Source of the DNA: Raillietiella orientalis
Lineage: Eukaryota
Direction of reading: 5' to 3'
DNA length: 64,000 bases
Assembly (NCBI GenBank): GCA_036172245.1
Contig: JAYWIR010000008.1
Location: forward strand, 1,860,001-1,924,000
The position numbers and the translations under genes were made by a program. Below, in pieces: positions 63,230 through 64,000 of the stretch. Below the pieces are notes generated by a model. That model saw only the letters and a program-made list of their open reading frames with translations, was not told the DNA's origin and did no database searches. The first letter of the stretch is position 1, and each line of letters opens with the position of its first letter.

Positions 63230-64000
63230 AGATAAAGTGCAGTTTAAATACGGAGGAGGCCATCTGACAAAACGAGGTAGCCTTCAGACTGTTCCGTGCT
63301 TCAGCGGCTGCGATTTGAATAGCAGTGTTGTAAAATCAGCTCTCTTTACCTATTCCTGGCTGGGATCGGGAGAAGACATCGCATCCTCACGTCATCTTTG
63401 CTTTTGCTCTGTGCTTTAGACCGATCACTTTGCAAGTACTTTGCAGTGCCTCGGAAAAAGAAAAAAAAAAAACTCCATTTATCTGGACGTTTGTACAACG
63501 GAAGCAGACATCACGAAGACTGGTTGCGTACTTGCGTTATTAATCTTGTTTTTTTTTTTCTCTCAGTATAATTACGTGTGCTTCTCAGACACGTAATTAG
63601 TGACTGTCATCCGTAGCTCCGCGGATTCCCTGATGTATGTGATGTATGAAAGCATCTATTTGAGCACGAAATGCAATCTTTCTCGAGACCACTGGGAATG
63701 TGTCATCTCTTTCCTGTGGGAATATTTGCCAGGCCGGATAAGCTTCGCCTTCCTTCAGCTTTACGTGGATCGTACGAAATGTTTTAAGAACACTAATGAG
63801 GGGATTCGTCAACTGGAGCGATAATTGGAGCGCACTTCCTGATCCAGAGATGAGAACCCCACAGCATCTGGTAACCAGTTGCTCATCCAGCCTCCGCTAT
63901 TTGGACTTGAATATGCCACAAGGGTCTGCAAGCATTCTGGGGTTTGCGGACGAATTTTCCTTTGAGAAGGGCGCTTCTGAGACCGGCAGTTCCTTGCGGG
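63230..64000 (+). pseudogene. Possible Dicer-like RNase III remnant, copy M (runs off window)
   Basis: FKYGGGHLTKR (~63243-63275), SADSLMYVMYESIYL..ISFL (~63618-63716), IRQLER, GLQAFWG; weak but in the expected order. Confidence 0.3.

Overview
Eukaryotic, roughly 50% GC DNA, probably animal (an arthropod-type H2A C-terminus is the only taxonomic clue). I find no intact protein-coding gene and no prokaryotic features. By hand-translating across frameshifts, most of the non-repeat DNA resolves into a tandem cluster of about 13 heavily degraded, apparently intron-poor Dicer-like gene copies. They show the colinear order DExD helicase - HELICc - DUF283 - PAZ/connector - RNase IIIa - RNase IIIb - dsRBD, lie on both strands, and span about 4-5 kb each when insertions are removed. 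The cluster is interrupted by three kinds of repeat. (1) 5'-truncated L1/Tx1-like LINE 3' ends of two related families that share a terminal CCCGG-N5-CCGGG hairpin; one family has 14-19 bp target-site duplications starting at C^A(C/T)CA. (2) A longer, third-family LINE with a recognisable RT (YADD) domain. (3) A tRNA-headed SINE-like element carrying a 39-bp minisatellite. A histone H2A pseudogene fragment lies at about 35 kb. All Dicer assignments rest on by-eye motif matches to remembered Dicer consensus sequences across frameshifts. Boundaries are approximate (about +/-200 bp) and need a frameshift-aware homology search to confirm.
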